A stretch of 64,000 nt of DNA from Amoebidium appalachense (taxonomy: Eukaryota; Protista; Ichthyosporea): positions 9,608,782 through 9,672,781 of the forward strand of contig CAVNZM010000003.1 of NCBI GenBank assembly GCA_963693365.1. Reading direction: 5' to 3'. The translations under genes were made by a program, and so were the position numbers. Of the stretch, positions 1 to 41,015 are shown one piece after another (position 1 is the first letter of the stretch; each line of letters starts with the position of its first letter). Under the pieces are notes generated by a model. That model searched no databases. It was not told the origin of the DNA and was given only the letters and a program-made list of their open reading frames with translations.

Positions 1-65
1 ATGTCAGCAATCAGGGATATATCTTTGTCCGGAATGGGTCTGTGTCTAGCAAAGCATAAAGTTAA

Positions 66-628
66 CCTGTTCGAGCCGGCACAGTTGTTTTGTCCGTGTG
101 GCGGACACAACCGAAACAAGTCCAGTGCAGCTCAAAATCAATAGACAAAGCCCAAATAAATTGTATACGCCGACAGGTATGTGTCTTATATACATTTTCT
201 TATAAGTGGGTTTTGCGAAAATATCATTATTTCATATACTTTTCCTATGTGTTTCTGTAGCGACCTCAGACATTTTGGAAACGTTTTTGAAGTTGCCATC
301 GATGTGACTGAGCACAGCCAATCGGCTTTGTCGATTTCAACCATTTTCCCTTTTCATCCAATCAGACGTTTGTATTGACAGGGTTCGAAAATCAAGCTGT
401 CAAGCGGCTCTTCGACAGCGTGGTGACAGTTACGCCATATACAAAGTATCAAATACTGAAGTAAAGTTATTTTTTTTATTTTTTTTTGGAAAACGCAAAG
501 AACAGATATTCTTTTGGCTTTCCTGCAACTTTATTTTGCTGGTTCTCAATTTCATGCTGATATAAGAGCGCAAACGCCAGGGTCCCCAAAACTGATGTCG
601 ATCTAGGGAAACTGTCGGTGTGAACAGG
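66..628. mobile_element. piggyBac-like MITE (non-autonomous, ~563 bp)
   Basis: TTAA at 62-65 and 629-632 flanks inverted termini CCTGTTC...GAACAGG. The imperfect IR continues inward (gagccggcacagtt vs rc acaccgacagtt). The interior is AT-rich and non-coding. A TTAA target with CC/GG ends is the piggyBac signature. Confidence 0.65.
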
Positions 629-977
629 TTAACATGGTGTCAGATTCGAAGCCCGCCTGCCCGGCTGGTGTGTGTTTGTATGGGGAGGGGGGGTTGATGC
701 AATGTGTAGCCTGGGAATAACATAGATGAGCGGAAGATGCCGTTTTGAAGGAGATCAGGGCTTGACCAATCGCCGCATCTCCCCCCGCCCCCCACCCCCC
801 CCACCCCCCCCTCTCCCCCTCTTTCAGACCCTTATTGCATCATATCCATTCTTCCTATTGCTCTCGCTTCCCACTCATCTCCCCATCCCCCCACCCCCCC
901 CCCCCCCCCCCCCTCCCTCCCCCCTCGCTACTCCCCGCCCTCACCCTTTCCCTCACCCTCCTCCCCCCTCCCCCCCC

Positions 978-1012
<35 letters not shown>

Positions 1013-1520
1013 TACAAAATGCACAGCTTTCTCGCCACACACCCGCACATATACCGTGGCGTTCACTCCTCTCACATACTCTCCATCATCACTAAAAAGA
1101 TCAACACTCCCTAGTCCCCCACTCTATCCCGGTTCCCCCCCCCCCCCCCCCCCCTCCCCCCCTACCAGCCCCTACACCCCCCTCCCCCCCCCCCCCCCCC
1201 CCCCCCCCCCTCCCTCTCTCTCTCCCTCTCTCTCTCCCTCTCCCTCTCTCTCCCTCCCTCTCTCTCTCTCTGTCTCCCTCTCTCGCTCTCTTTCGTTCTC
1301 TCTCGTTCTCTCCCTCCCTCTCTCTCTCTCTCCCTCTCCCCCTCTCTCCCCCTCTCCCCCCCCCTTCCCCTCCCCCCCCCCCCCCCCCCCTCTCTCTCTC
1401 TCCCCCCGCTCCTTTTCCCAAACAATTCCCCCGCCGTTCTTCTTTCTCAGCCGGCTAGGTTTTTTGGGTTGCCTGGTAAGTTTTGAAATGGAGGTCTCGT
1501 CTCTGATCTGTCCACCACAG

Positions 1521-1559
<39 letters not shown>

Positions 1560-1584
1560 CCCTCCCTCCCTCCCCTCCCTTCCC

Positions 1585-1651
<67 letters not shown>

Positions 1652-1761
1652 CCCTTCTCCCCTCCCCCCCCCCCCCCCCTTCCCCTCCTACCTTCTTTTT
1701 CCCCCCCCTTCCCCCCCCCCCCCCCCCCCTGGCCAAACCCTGTATACACTCTTCTCATCAG

Positions 1762-2084
1762 CAGGTCTCTAACCCACTCTGCAGAACGTTTTACGCATTT
1801 CTCCCCTCGGAGAACTTGGTCGTTGGTGCGTTTTTGTCTGACATCTAACGACTCTGCAGGGTCCCCTGAGACTACTGACACTCTAACATTCCCTCCCCTC
1901 TCTTACTTCCCCCCCCCCCCCCTCCCCCTTTCCCTCCTCCTTCCCCTCCCATTTTCTCTGCACACCCAACAGGTCTTAACCAGATCTGCACATCGTTAGT
2001 CACAATCTTCTCACATATATGAGAGAATGATCGTATTGGTACGATTTGTCTAATATCTGACGATTCTGCAGCATCCCTAAGACC
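1762..2084. repeat. Pair of diverged ~112-bp direct repeats with short terminal IRs
   Basis: 1762-1872 (caggtctctaacc...tctgcagggtcccctgagac) aligns end to end with 1970-2084 (caggtcttaacc...tctgcagcatccctaagacc). Copy 2 has ggtctta/taagacc termini and stops in all three + frames. Confidence 0.55.
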
Positions 2085-2167
2085 CCCCTCCCCCTCCCCC
2101 TCCCCCCCCCTCCCCCCCCCCCCCCCCCCACCTTCTCTCTCTCTCTCTCTCCCTCTCTCCCTCTTTT

Positions 2168-2286
<119 letters not shown>

Positions 2287-2291
2287 TTCCT

Positions 2292-2332
<41 letters not shown>

Positions 2333-2393
2333 GCGCCTGTTGTTTTGCTTGTCATTTGTTGTTCTGGTTGATTACCTGTAATCTTCGCTTATT

Positions 2394-2429
<36 letters not shown>

Positions 2430-3230
2430 GTGCGGGGTTGCACATACCGGTGTCTACTTTTCTTCTTACTGTTTTTCTCTCCACACACTTCATCTGTCCA
2501 CTTCTGCATACCCCCTTTCATAGCTATAGACACACTTCACACATTGCGTTACGCGCACGCATGCACACACCGCTCTGTTGGCGACAGCTCCCTTGGAACC
2601 CATGCGGCATGTTACCCGCCGGCGTAACATAACTCGGACTATCGGTTTGGCTTTTTTCAAGCCCAAAGCAATGGGTGATACCATATTTCCGGCTGACATC
2701 CGGGGGCATAGCTTTCCGTTCGAAGACGATAAAGTTCCGCCCTAGTAAGCGTGTTACTACCCTGCGGCGTGGGTCAAATCTCATATTTTCCCCTCTGATT
2801 ACGAATTCTGTGGCCTTCGGGACTTAATTCTTTTCAGCTGGTGTAGTATGTTAGCCAGGGAAGTATCGACTTAGGTATCGACGGGGGAGCTTCCTAGAAG
2901 CCCCGTCTCCTGAGTTCCTATCTATATTTTTCTTGCTTCTGCTTACTGCTGCAACTTTAACCCCCGGCCTTTCCCACTGCCCTTGCCTGCATAAGCAACC
3001 CTGCTCGTCTCTGATCAAGACGGGTGACCTACTCATGTTCAAGTGAAACAGTATCTGAGTTGGGTTTCGTTAACGAGGGGAATAGGTCGAAACTCGGGTA
3101 CTGTGGATGACGTGGGCCCCCCCTGAGGATGGGCTCTGCTTATTATGCATACTCTTTATGTATGGCTTGCATTCTGCATCGTGTTATCCGTTTGTTCTTG
3201 TGTACTTCGTACTTTTTGACGCATTCAAAA
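2430..3230 (+). mobile_element. Longest copy of the GCATTCAA-ended interspersed element (subfamily A)
   Basis: 3095-3230 is nearly identical to the reverse complement of 50668-50801 and of 18200-18286. The interior (~2880-3095) matches a diverged copy at ~48255-48460. It is hairpin-rich, lacks a convincing ORF, and its 3' end abuts poly-C. The left boundary is approximate. Confidence 0.6.
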
Positions 3231-3348
3231 CCCCCCCCCCCCCTTCCCCCCCCCTACTTTCCCCACATTTCCCTCCTGCCCCCCACAATCCCTCCCCTTT
3301 CCCCCCCCCACAATCCCCCCTCCTCCCCTCCCCCCTCCCCCTTTACAG

Positions 3349-4285
3349 GCACCAGTCATCTACCCAATTATCCCACCCACACCTACCCTCTCCGTCTATC
3401 GTCCGCTTGAGGGTTGGAATGACGTATGCACCGTGCCGGGAACAAGTGAGGGACTTAGTATTTCACGTGGGGGAAAAGGTGTCGTGTGGAGGGTGATGGA
3501 GAACGTGGTCCCGGAAGAAGCAGAAAGGGGAGAGTATTGGCTGGTGGAGTTGGAGAAGGGGGCTGTACCGAGACAACTTACGAAGGTGAGTTGCTTTCTT
3601 TTTTTTTTCTTTTTTCTTTCTTTTCTTTTTTTTTTTTTTTTGGGAGAGTGTCTTTTTGTGTTGTGTTTTTGCATGTTTGTGGTATGTTGTTCCTTTGTGG
3701 GTTTGAATTGAGACTGTGTGGTGCATGCTATCTCCCCCCCCCCCCCCCCCCCCCCCTCCCCCCCCTTCCCCCAACACACCCACACACCCAAAGCAGTTAT
3801 GTTAGCGTGTTTGCATGTATGTCCGCATGCACATACATATCTTCCACCCAACGTCCACCACATATCCTCGGGGGGGGGGGGGGGGGGGGGGGGGGGGTTT
3901 GGATGGAAAGGACGGAAAAGAGGTAGAGATAAGTGAATGTCTATAACACAACTTCAATTTCTTTCAATGCAGGGAGCAGGACGTGTAGGCCTATGTCGTC
4001 TCAGCCCCGACTGCACCCATGTGGTTTACTGTGCCAACTACAGCAGAGAGAGGCCCATCACCACACACACAGACCTGTGGGCTCTGCCCTTCAGACAGGA
4101 CGGGCACGATGTGCCTCTCAGGCTCACACGTACGTGTCTTTATTTACCCCCCCCCCCCCCCCCCCCCCCCCCCTCCCCTTCTCCATCCCCCCCTCTCCCC
4201 CCCCTCCCACTGCGCCCTTTAACCCCCTCCCCCCCCCTCCTCCCCCCCCCCCCCCCAACTTCTCTCTCTCTCTCTTTCCCTCCCT

Positions 4286-4320
<35 letters not shown>

Positions 4321-4624
4321 ATGCTCCCCTTCCCATTCCCCCTCGCCTCCCCCCCCCCCCGGGGGGGGGGGGGGGGGGGGGTTCGTAGCCCATTCCTAGA
4401 CTGACATTTCCTCTCTGCATTTGCCGATAGGCTATCGTCTTTCGTTTTGGTTTTGTTATGTGCCCTTCTTCCCATGTTTCTGGCGCTCAAGCCACATTGG
4501 GAATTCGTTAATGAAAAAGGAATGTGTGCGTGTGCGTGTGTGCGTGTGTGCGTGCGTGTGTGCGTGCGTGCCTGCGTGCGTGCATGCGTGCGTGCGTGCG
4601 TGAGAGTGGGGGGGGGGGGGGGAG

Positions 4625-4687
<63 letters not shown>

Positions 4688-5557
4688 TGAGAGGCGGCAG
4701 AAGACGGAGGGGTGGGTGAAAAGGGGGGAGGGGGCCAGGGATAGAGGGAGGGGGGAAGGGGGAAAGCATTTGACCAGACCATTAACTGCCTCTTTCGACC
4801 AATCAGAGGACGAGGTATCAGTGGAGGATTTTGATTGGACCGGTGACCCCACCGACTCACTTCTTTGGGTGTCAACGATACGCGGAACAGAGAGAGTCTC
4901 GGAGATTATTTCGGCAGTTGAACCTGCTGCAAATAGAAAAAGGATTGAACCAAGGTAGGTCCAATCTTGTCTCTGACCTTTTTTTCTTTCCCGGGGAGGG
5001 GGGTGAGGGGGGGGGGGGGGGGGGGGGGAGGGGGGAGTGAAGGGAAGTGAGGGAGGATGGGTGGGTGAGAGGGACAGAGAGGGGAGGGGGGGGGGGGGGG
5101 GGGGGGGAGTGAAGGGAAGTGAGGGAGGATGGGTGGGTGAGAGGGACAGAGAGGGAGGGGGGGGAGGGGGGGGAGCAGGGGGGGATGTGTTTTGCATACA
5201 ACAAAGAAATATTCATGATACGAAATGCTGACCTTTCCACCCCATCTTACCCCTTCCAATATTCCCTACCCCCTCCCCTCCCCCCCCCGCCCCCCTCCCC
5301 CCTCCCTCCCTCTTTTCCCTTTCCCGCCTTTCTTTATCGGATAAAAATCCCCTTGACAATCCTATACACCCGAACACACCCACCCACACGCACGCCCACA
5401 CCCACACAAATACCGACCGACACACTAAGAATGCACAAACACACTCACGTACACACATACACAAACACACGTGTAACACACATACCAACACCTACACACA
5501 CACACACATACTCACCCATTCTCCCCCCTCTCCTCTTCCCCCTCCCCCCCCCCCCCC

Positions 5558-5590
<33 letters not shown>

Positions 5591-5749
5591 GCGTCCCTCC
5601 CCCCCCCCCCCCCCCCCCCCCCCCAAATCCCCCTTCCCCTTCCCCACCCCCACCCCAACCCCTCTTTACCTTCCCTCCTCGCCACCCCCTCTCCCCCGCC
5701 CCGCCCCCCACTCACCCACCAACCCACCCACCCACCCACCCCCTCCCCC

Positions 5750-5810
<61 letters not shown>

Positions 5811-6551
5811 GCTCATCCAGCCAACCCCTCCCCCCTCTCCCCCTCCCCCCTTCCCTTCCCCTCCCCCTCCCTCCCCCCCCCCCCACCCACCCACCCAACC
5901 ACCCAACCACCCACACGTACCCACACCCACACACACACCCACACACACACACACACACAGCATTAAGCACCATGTATGCTGGAATAATGGTACCCCATTT
6001 GCTTATGCCACGGAGAGCATAAGTGAGTTTGTGAGTCTGTGGGTGGATGGGAGGAGAATTGACCTTCCACATCCAGAGGGGTTCGACGATTTTGTGGTAT
6101 GTGGGGTTGTGAATATGGCGATGGATACACCTGTTTATAACACGAATCTTGCCTACGTTTTTTATTAAAGAAGTATATTATCATTATTTCAAATGAGATA
6201 TAATTCTGTTTTGACCACAACAGGGAAATATACCTCAATCTTTACATAGATATGCACAAACAGGAGAAGGAAAAGACATCACTTTGCTTTTCCTTTTCCA
6301 CAACATACTACAAAAAGACGTCCCCGTTCTCCTCTTGATTCCCAAGCGCCTGTAAGGATGTGATCTAATTCCTATACCCTCTCCCTCTATTTCACCAACA
6401 GACCTGCAATATCCGGCTTACTTCCATTATGTGTAACAAATCCCCCCCCTCCCCCCCCCCCCCTCTACCCCCCAACCCCCTCCAAGAGTCCACTCCACCC
6501 AACACGCGAAACAATCCACTGCCCCTCCCCCCCCCCCCCCCCCCCCCGGCC

Positions 6552-6614
<63 letters not shown>

Positions 6615-7465
6615 CCCCCCCACCCACAACCAACCACACCTAACCCGCTCCCCCCCTACGCCCCTCTCCCCGTCCTCCCCACCCCCTTCCCCACCTCCCT
6701 CCCCCCCCCCCCCCCCCCCCCCCTCTTCCCTCTCCTCCCCTCCCCTCCCCATCTCCCACCCCCCTCTCTCCCCCCCCCCTCTCCCCCCTCCCCTCCCCCT
6801 TTAACGTCCCCCCTCCCCCCTCCCCCCCCTCCCCCCCCCCCCCCCCACACACACAGGTAGAGAAAGTTCACTGGCAGTCAGACGACGGACTCGACATCAC
6901 GGGTCTTCTCTGCTCCCTCCGTGACACCCCCCCCACGTCCACCCTACTCGTACACGTGCATGGTGGGCCGGCTGTCGCTTTTGCCGAAGATCGGAGCATA
7001 TCTGCAAACAGTACTAGATATCCATACCGTCACCTACTTGGGGCTGGCTATCGGATATTGCAGCCCATGTACAGGGGTACTCTGGGCTTTGGCGACGTGT
7101 TCGCTCAGGCAAATATCAGGAGGCAAGGTTTCTTGGAGAGTGGTATGTCTTCCGCTCCCCCCCCCCCCCCCCCCCCCCCCCCCTTGTATCCTTTCCCAGC
7201 TGTCCCGTCTCTTCTCCGTCCCCCCCCCCCCCCCCCCCCTCCCCTCCCCTCCCCCCGTCCCTCCCCCCACCACCAACCACCACCACCACGCACACAAAAA
7301 AAGGAAACAAACAAAAATACACCCTCAAATCAGAGAATCTCTTACCACCTGCTCCTCCATTCTCTCTCCTCACCGAGCACCCTTGGCCCGTGGCTCTCCT
7401 CCTTCATTCACCACGTTCATGTGCTACTGTATCCTTCAACTATATTTTCTTTGCCGTAGTGCTCG

Positions 7466-7529
<64 letters not shown>

Positions 7530-8347
7530 ACGCCCGCGCGCTCGCCCACCCCAACCCAACCCAACCCCCGTTAAATGACCATTTCATGCCCTGATATTCA
7601 GCAATTATTTCGTATCCCGTATATCCGCCAACTGTTTCATATCCTGCACATCCCAACGACTGTCGTAACGCGTATATACCCACCCGTACCATTTCATATT
7701 CCGTATATCCTCCGACTCTTTCAGATTTCCACCAGCTATTTTATATCCCGTCTATCTTCCTTCTATTTCATATCTCGTATATCCAGCATCTATTTATAGC
7801 CCCTAACCCCCCTCTTTAACCCTTTACAGGTGACCTCGGAGACATTCTTGCCGGCATCGATTATCTCCTCGAAAGCGGCAAAGTGGAATGCAGCACGCGA
7901 TTGGGCGTTTTCGGCGGCAGTTTTGGCGGGTTTATGACCATACGGTCCCTAGCAACGACCAATCGTTTCAAGGCGGGAGTAGCCATGTATGGGTTTGTGC
8001 ATCTGCGTTGGATGTCGTACGAGGGGGGGGATTTCACATGGGAAGATGAATACTGCGGGGAGAGAGTGTGGCCCCTCCCGGAAGAAAACACCACATCTGA
8101 TAACTTTCCGCATTTAGGGAAAATCACCGCGCCGACGCTTTTTCTTCACGGAACAGATGATGATATTTGCCCGTTTTCACAGTCTGCGGTGGCGTTTCGT
8201 GCCCTGCACACGAGAGAGGTCCCCACTGGGTTAATTGCTTACCCTGGGGAGAAACATGGGTTTGTTAAGAAGGAAAACAGGAGGGATAGAGATAGACGGG
8301 TGCTTGCCTGGTTTTTGGAGTTTTTGCCACCCACAGATCTGGAGTAG
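3349..8347 (+). CDS. S9 family serine peptidase (acylaminoacyl/dipeptidyl aminopeptidase-like), 5' exons unresolved
   Basis: Phase-consistent exons 3349-3585, 3973-4129, 4807-4954, 5961-6096, 6857-7142, 7830-8347. Motifs: LLVHVHGGP, YRGTLGFG, GGSFGG (nucleophile Ser), HGTDDDIC (Asp), YPGEKHG (His). Confidence 0.9.
7580..7798 (+). repeat. Degenerate ~27-bp minisatellite
   Basis: About 8 units of approximately atttcatatcccgtatatcc..ct, just upstream of the last S9 acceptor at 7829. Confidence 0.6.
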
Positions 8348-9145
8348 AGTAAAAGGTGTCTATATATATGACCCCGAGTGGAGTAGAATGTGGCTATAGA
8401 GGTCAGTGTGATGAGTGAAGGTATATTGAGTGGAAGTAGGCCTGTGTGATTATGTACATAGGTACAGGGGTAGGCCGAATTTGAGATTACGTGAAGTTTG
8501 ACTCCAGCCAGCTAGAATTTCATTTCCAGACCCCCCTAAGCCACAAGAACAAAGGGAAATACTATTAGTTTTCATATTTATGCCGTGGGGGCTAGCAAGC
8601 GAGAATTATAAATTTCCCGAAAGTTCACGCACTAGAACATGCGATACATGTGTGACATAGGTATGAAGTATTGATTTCGGCAATTTTCTTTCTCAAATAA
8701 TGTAACAATAACATGGCCACACACAAGGCACAAATCGGTAAAGTCACCCCCAGCACACCCACACACACTAATAAATACACACACACACCCCACTTGAGCA
8801 TCCGGTTATATTTATGTGATCTTCACAGACTATTTTGATTCCTTTCTTCATAGGTGCCACACAGTGACACAGTTACCACCACCATGTAACGTGCTACACA
8901 TAGCTTAACTATAGGTCTTAATCAAGATCCGGGCATTTACCGGACTAACAGAAAAAAAAATGCACACCTAGGTGCTTTAAAGACCTATCATATACCAGTT
9001 TCTTGGTTCTGTATACACATAGTCAACTATGACAATATTCTCCGAAGGGAAAGAGATAAACAGCCTGATTAGAAAGGGTATAGTTAGTCTGTCCAAAGCA
9101 TTTTGGGTGAGACCACTGCAATACACATACGCATGTGCGCAACAC

Positions 9146-9183
<38 letters not shown>

Positions 9184-9421
9184 ACCCCCACCCACCCATG
9201 CACCCACTTGGGGGGCGGGGCGCAAAGCACACACTCTAACCCCCCCCTTCCCCCTCCTTCCCCCAATACACGCAAAATCTATTAAAAAAACGAACATGGA
9301 ACGAAGAGAAGAGATGAAACCTACACGGTACCTATCATCACCCCAGCCACCAAATCTATCAGGCAAGCAACACGTATAAAGGTCTTGGCCCGCAGAGACG
9401 AACCAAATGGATACACCATAT

Positions 9422-25261
<15,840 letters not shown>

Positions 25262-25921
25262 TCTCTTCTCTTCTCAGTAACACAGTTTGATGATATATAA
25301 CGCTCTCGTTGTGTAGCTAGCTTGGTTAGTTCTTTTAACCCCTTCTTAGAACCGTCAATAACGTTTGTCGACGTTACTACATGTACATAGGGGTTGGGGT
25401 CAAAGTGGCTTTGAAACTGTGTTTTGTTGTCATTCTGACCAGCTATGATGTCATGAGTGCCAGTGCTTGGCGCTAATCTACTTGCATGATACCAACCCAC
25501 TTAAAGGTTTAGTGTTTTAACAAAATAAAGTTTAAAACAACTAAAGGACTGTTAAACGAATCAAAAGCACTTTTCAGTTTGATAATAAGTGTAACCGTCT
25601 AGAGCAAATGCTGCACACATGTATGATTGGTTCATTAGACACATTACCCATATATGGCTAAAGAATAATTGTCGTATCCAATAGCAGCAAGCCTCGCGGC
25701 CCTCGCCACAGTCACCGTGCTGACAGAGTCATTTTTCAAGTATCGAGTCTGCCACTTTGTGACGTCACATTTGCTTCAAGACAGATCAATCTGGGCCTAT
25801 GGTGAAGGGTAAAAATACAATCAAAAGCGTACACATTTAGACTACCCCAACCCAGGCTGTCTGTATCCTGGCTCTGAACATCAATCAGTCCTGTCACAAT
25901 CTCTAGTTGGAAGTTTTCGCC
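25262..25921. promoter_or_regulatory. Putative bidirectional promoter
   Basis: 660 bp of repeat-free DNA between divergent ATGs (25261 on -, 25922 on +). Contains the CRE/ATF-type palindrome tgtgacgtcaca (25758-25769) and CCAAT boxes in both orientations (~25626 and ~25678). Confidence 0.5.
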
Positions 25922-28960
<3,039 letters not shown>

Positions 28961-29105
28961 TTGGAGCTAAAATCGAATAAAAGATGTTTCCTGTTTATTT
29001 GAATTTGATTATAAGACAGGAGTTCTGTTGATGAAAGAAAGGTGGGACTTGCGAGCAGGGGGGAAGGTGGGAGGGATTGTGTGTGTGTTTTGTGTGTATG
29101 TGTGT

Positions 29106-29136
<31 letters not shown>

Positions 29137-29776
29137 GGGTTCGTCTTTGTAAGGTTTGATGGGAAATGGTTTTGAGCTGTTTAGTACTTGCAAGGAAAAT
29201 GCTCAAAGTGTGGCCAGGTGTCCAACAGACAAACAACCAAAAAAAAAAAAAAAAAAAAAAAAAAGGAATGGACGAATGGGTGTATATGGAATGATGGTCT
29301 GAACGCTTTCGGTGCATATTAATAGTTGTTTTTTTACCCACGATTAGCCCTTTTTTCGTCGTTTGGCTTTGTATTTTGTGGTTCATCTGTCAGGTTTTTT
29401 TTCCCCCTTCCCCGGTATGTTTGCGTCCTGTGTGTGTGTATGTGTGTGCGCGCTGGCGCGCATGCTCGTTCGTGCGTCCGTGTGTGCATGCGCGCGCGTG
29501 TGTGTGTGTGTGTGTGTGCGAGTGCGTGTGTGTGTGGGGGGGGGGGGGGGGGGGGGGGGATGATTGTGTGTGCGCGGGTGTTTGGGGGGGAGGAAGGGAG
29601 GGGGGGGGGGGGGGGGGGGGGGGGGATGGAGGGAGTTAACACGGTTTGTGGGTTGGCAGCTCGAGGAAGTGAAGAGGAAACTTGCAGCAAAATGATGGGG
29701 AAATGTTGATTTGGGTTTACGACCATGGAACGAATCGAAGGATGTATGCCATTCTGCATAGTAATTGCCGCGTAAA

Positions 29777-29815
<39 letters not shown>

Positions 29816-30446
29816 CTGCACCCGTTCGTGTATACTGGAGTCTTCTTATGTTCTGAGGAGCTGAAGAGGTGAAATAATGATATCAAATGCAAGAGAGCTG
29901 TATGTGTTTTATGATTATAGCTATAGATCTATGCACGAACTACTGTGATGTACAGACATGTAGAGAGAGAGTATTGCTTTTTGACATACTGAGGTTTTCT
30001 CGATCAACCCCTTCTCCAGTCAACAACGAGATTCCATCAGCCTTGCTTGCCCCCCCCCCCCCCCCCCCCCCCCCCCGCGTGCCCCGGGTGGTCCCCTTTC
30101 TTCTGCATGGCCATTGCCCTTGCATTTTAAGTGTCTTTTTCTTTCTTTCTTTTCTGTTTTTCCGGTGGAGTAAAATAGTTTTTTTTTCCGGCACTGATTT
30201 GTAGGTGCTTGTATGTGTCTTCCCAAAGTCTTAGAAATGAGCTGGCGCTGGCCGCCTAGCACGATAATACTATTAGGTTAATAACTTCGACGTTTTATAT
30301 TGATTGGTTGCAGTAAAGCAGTAAACCCTGCGGTGCATAGCACATGAAAATGGATTTTTTGAACCCCCCTCACACAGAATCTTGGGCGTAATTAGTGGAG
30401 TCCCTGATCGATGGTTTGAGCATATGATCATTTGGTGGTCCCCCCC

Positions 30447-30477
<31 letters not shown>

Positions 30478-30897
30478 ACACACACACACCACCACCACCA
30501 CCAACACCCCCATCCCCCCTCCGCCTGGGGCTCCACCCGAGCCACCACAAAAAAAAAAAAAGAAAGAAAAACAGACAACTTGTTAGTACCCGATCCCCAG
30601 CCGGCGCGAATACCGCCACTTGCACCACACCCACGTACGCAGACCCACACGCAGTACCGGGTACACTGTAAGTGTGTAGCACACCGCGTTGAGCTTCATG
30701 ATTGAATTTTACACACTACGCGCAAACACAGGGACTGTCTAAAATTCTTGCTGGCAAGGCTTGCCAACTTTTAATGCGCTGTTTGTACATATGTATCCTC
30801 GGTTGCGGTGGTTGTGGTCGTGGTTGTTGTTGTTGTTTGGGGGGGGGTGAGAGAGATCTGTTTAAAAAAAACCATGGGGTGGGTTTTGGGGCCGGCC

Positions 30898-30942
<45 letters not shown>

Positions 30943-31273
30943 GGACAAGGGACCAAAGCGAAATTTTTTGGAAGAACGGGCAAGCTCAAGATACGAATAA
31001 GGTGGATCAAAAAGCTTTTTGGGAGAATCGCTATAGAGAGTGTATGAAAATGTGAAAGGGAAAGGACATGTGCATGTATGCTTTTGTGGTCCGACGGTGC
31101 ACGTGTGCGCGCTGCTGATGTGTGTGCGTACGTGAGAAGTGTGTGTGCCGGAGGGGACGAGAGTCTTTGTGGGAATCTTGCTTCCCTCGTGCGGTAGTCC
31201 CGGAACGTTTTCGGGTGGGTTTGTGTGGGAGGATGATCCTTGGGTGTGTCGGGAGATCTCATCCGACTCCCAC

Positions 31274-31392
<119 letters not shown>

Positions 31393-31865
31393 GTTGTCAC
31401 CAACATCACAACATGTGATTGCACTCATACATGTGTGCTGTGCCAACTTTGGTGGAAATTTCACTGACACTGAAACTCCCGAGCCTCCCGAGGACCTGAT
31501 GTAGCGAATGATTGGAGGAAAGTCAGAAATGGCGCGCTTTTCAATTTAGGCAATCGTTTCTGTCATATGATCCGTGCGCACTGCTTTGCCGAGCAGTGCC
31601 GAGCAGTTTGTGTTTTGGCACTGAGAGGCCTCCTGGGAAAGCCACTGTATATAAGGCGTTTCTGTTCCCCGCGGCCGAGGAATTCGAATCCTGTCGTGCG
31701 TAACACAACCGCGGACTAGTAATTGGATTGAGCGGGGCAAACAAAAACTTGAACGATCCTCAATAGCAAAAATTGAGAATACTTTCGCACATCTGGCGTA
31801 TGGTAGGGCAACTCCCCTAACGGCAAGAGGAACTTCCGAAATTTGTCTGCCCTGAGGAGGTTCGG

Positions 31866-41015
<9,150 letters not shown>

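Noticed and set aside
1027-1475. Candidate upstream S9 exons (1027-1131 and 1451-1475)
   Set aside because: Each has plausible splice sites, but their phases do not join consistently and no start codon could be linked.
3085-3135. Hammerhead ribozyme (GAAAC...GTA and CTGAGGA)
   Set aside because: Stems I and II cannot be paired around the core in any permutation I tried; kept only as a note in the hairpin finding.
6920-6960. Apparent frameshift in the S9 exon at the C8 run
   Set aside because: A base count shows the frame is continuous (DTPPTSTLLVHVHGGP).
8457-8663. hAT-like MITE (CAGGGGT start, cataggta direct repeats)
   Set aside because: The right end lacks a matching TIR, so the evidence is too weak.
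31670-31700. tRNA or SINE B-box-like TTCGAATCC (also at ~49883)
   Set aside because: There is no A box, cloverleaf or second homologous copy.
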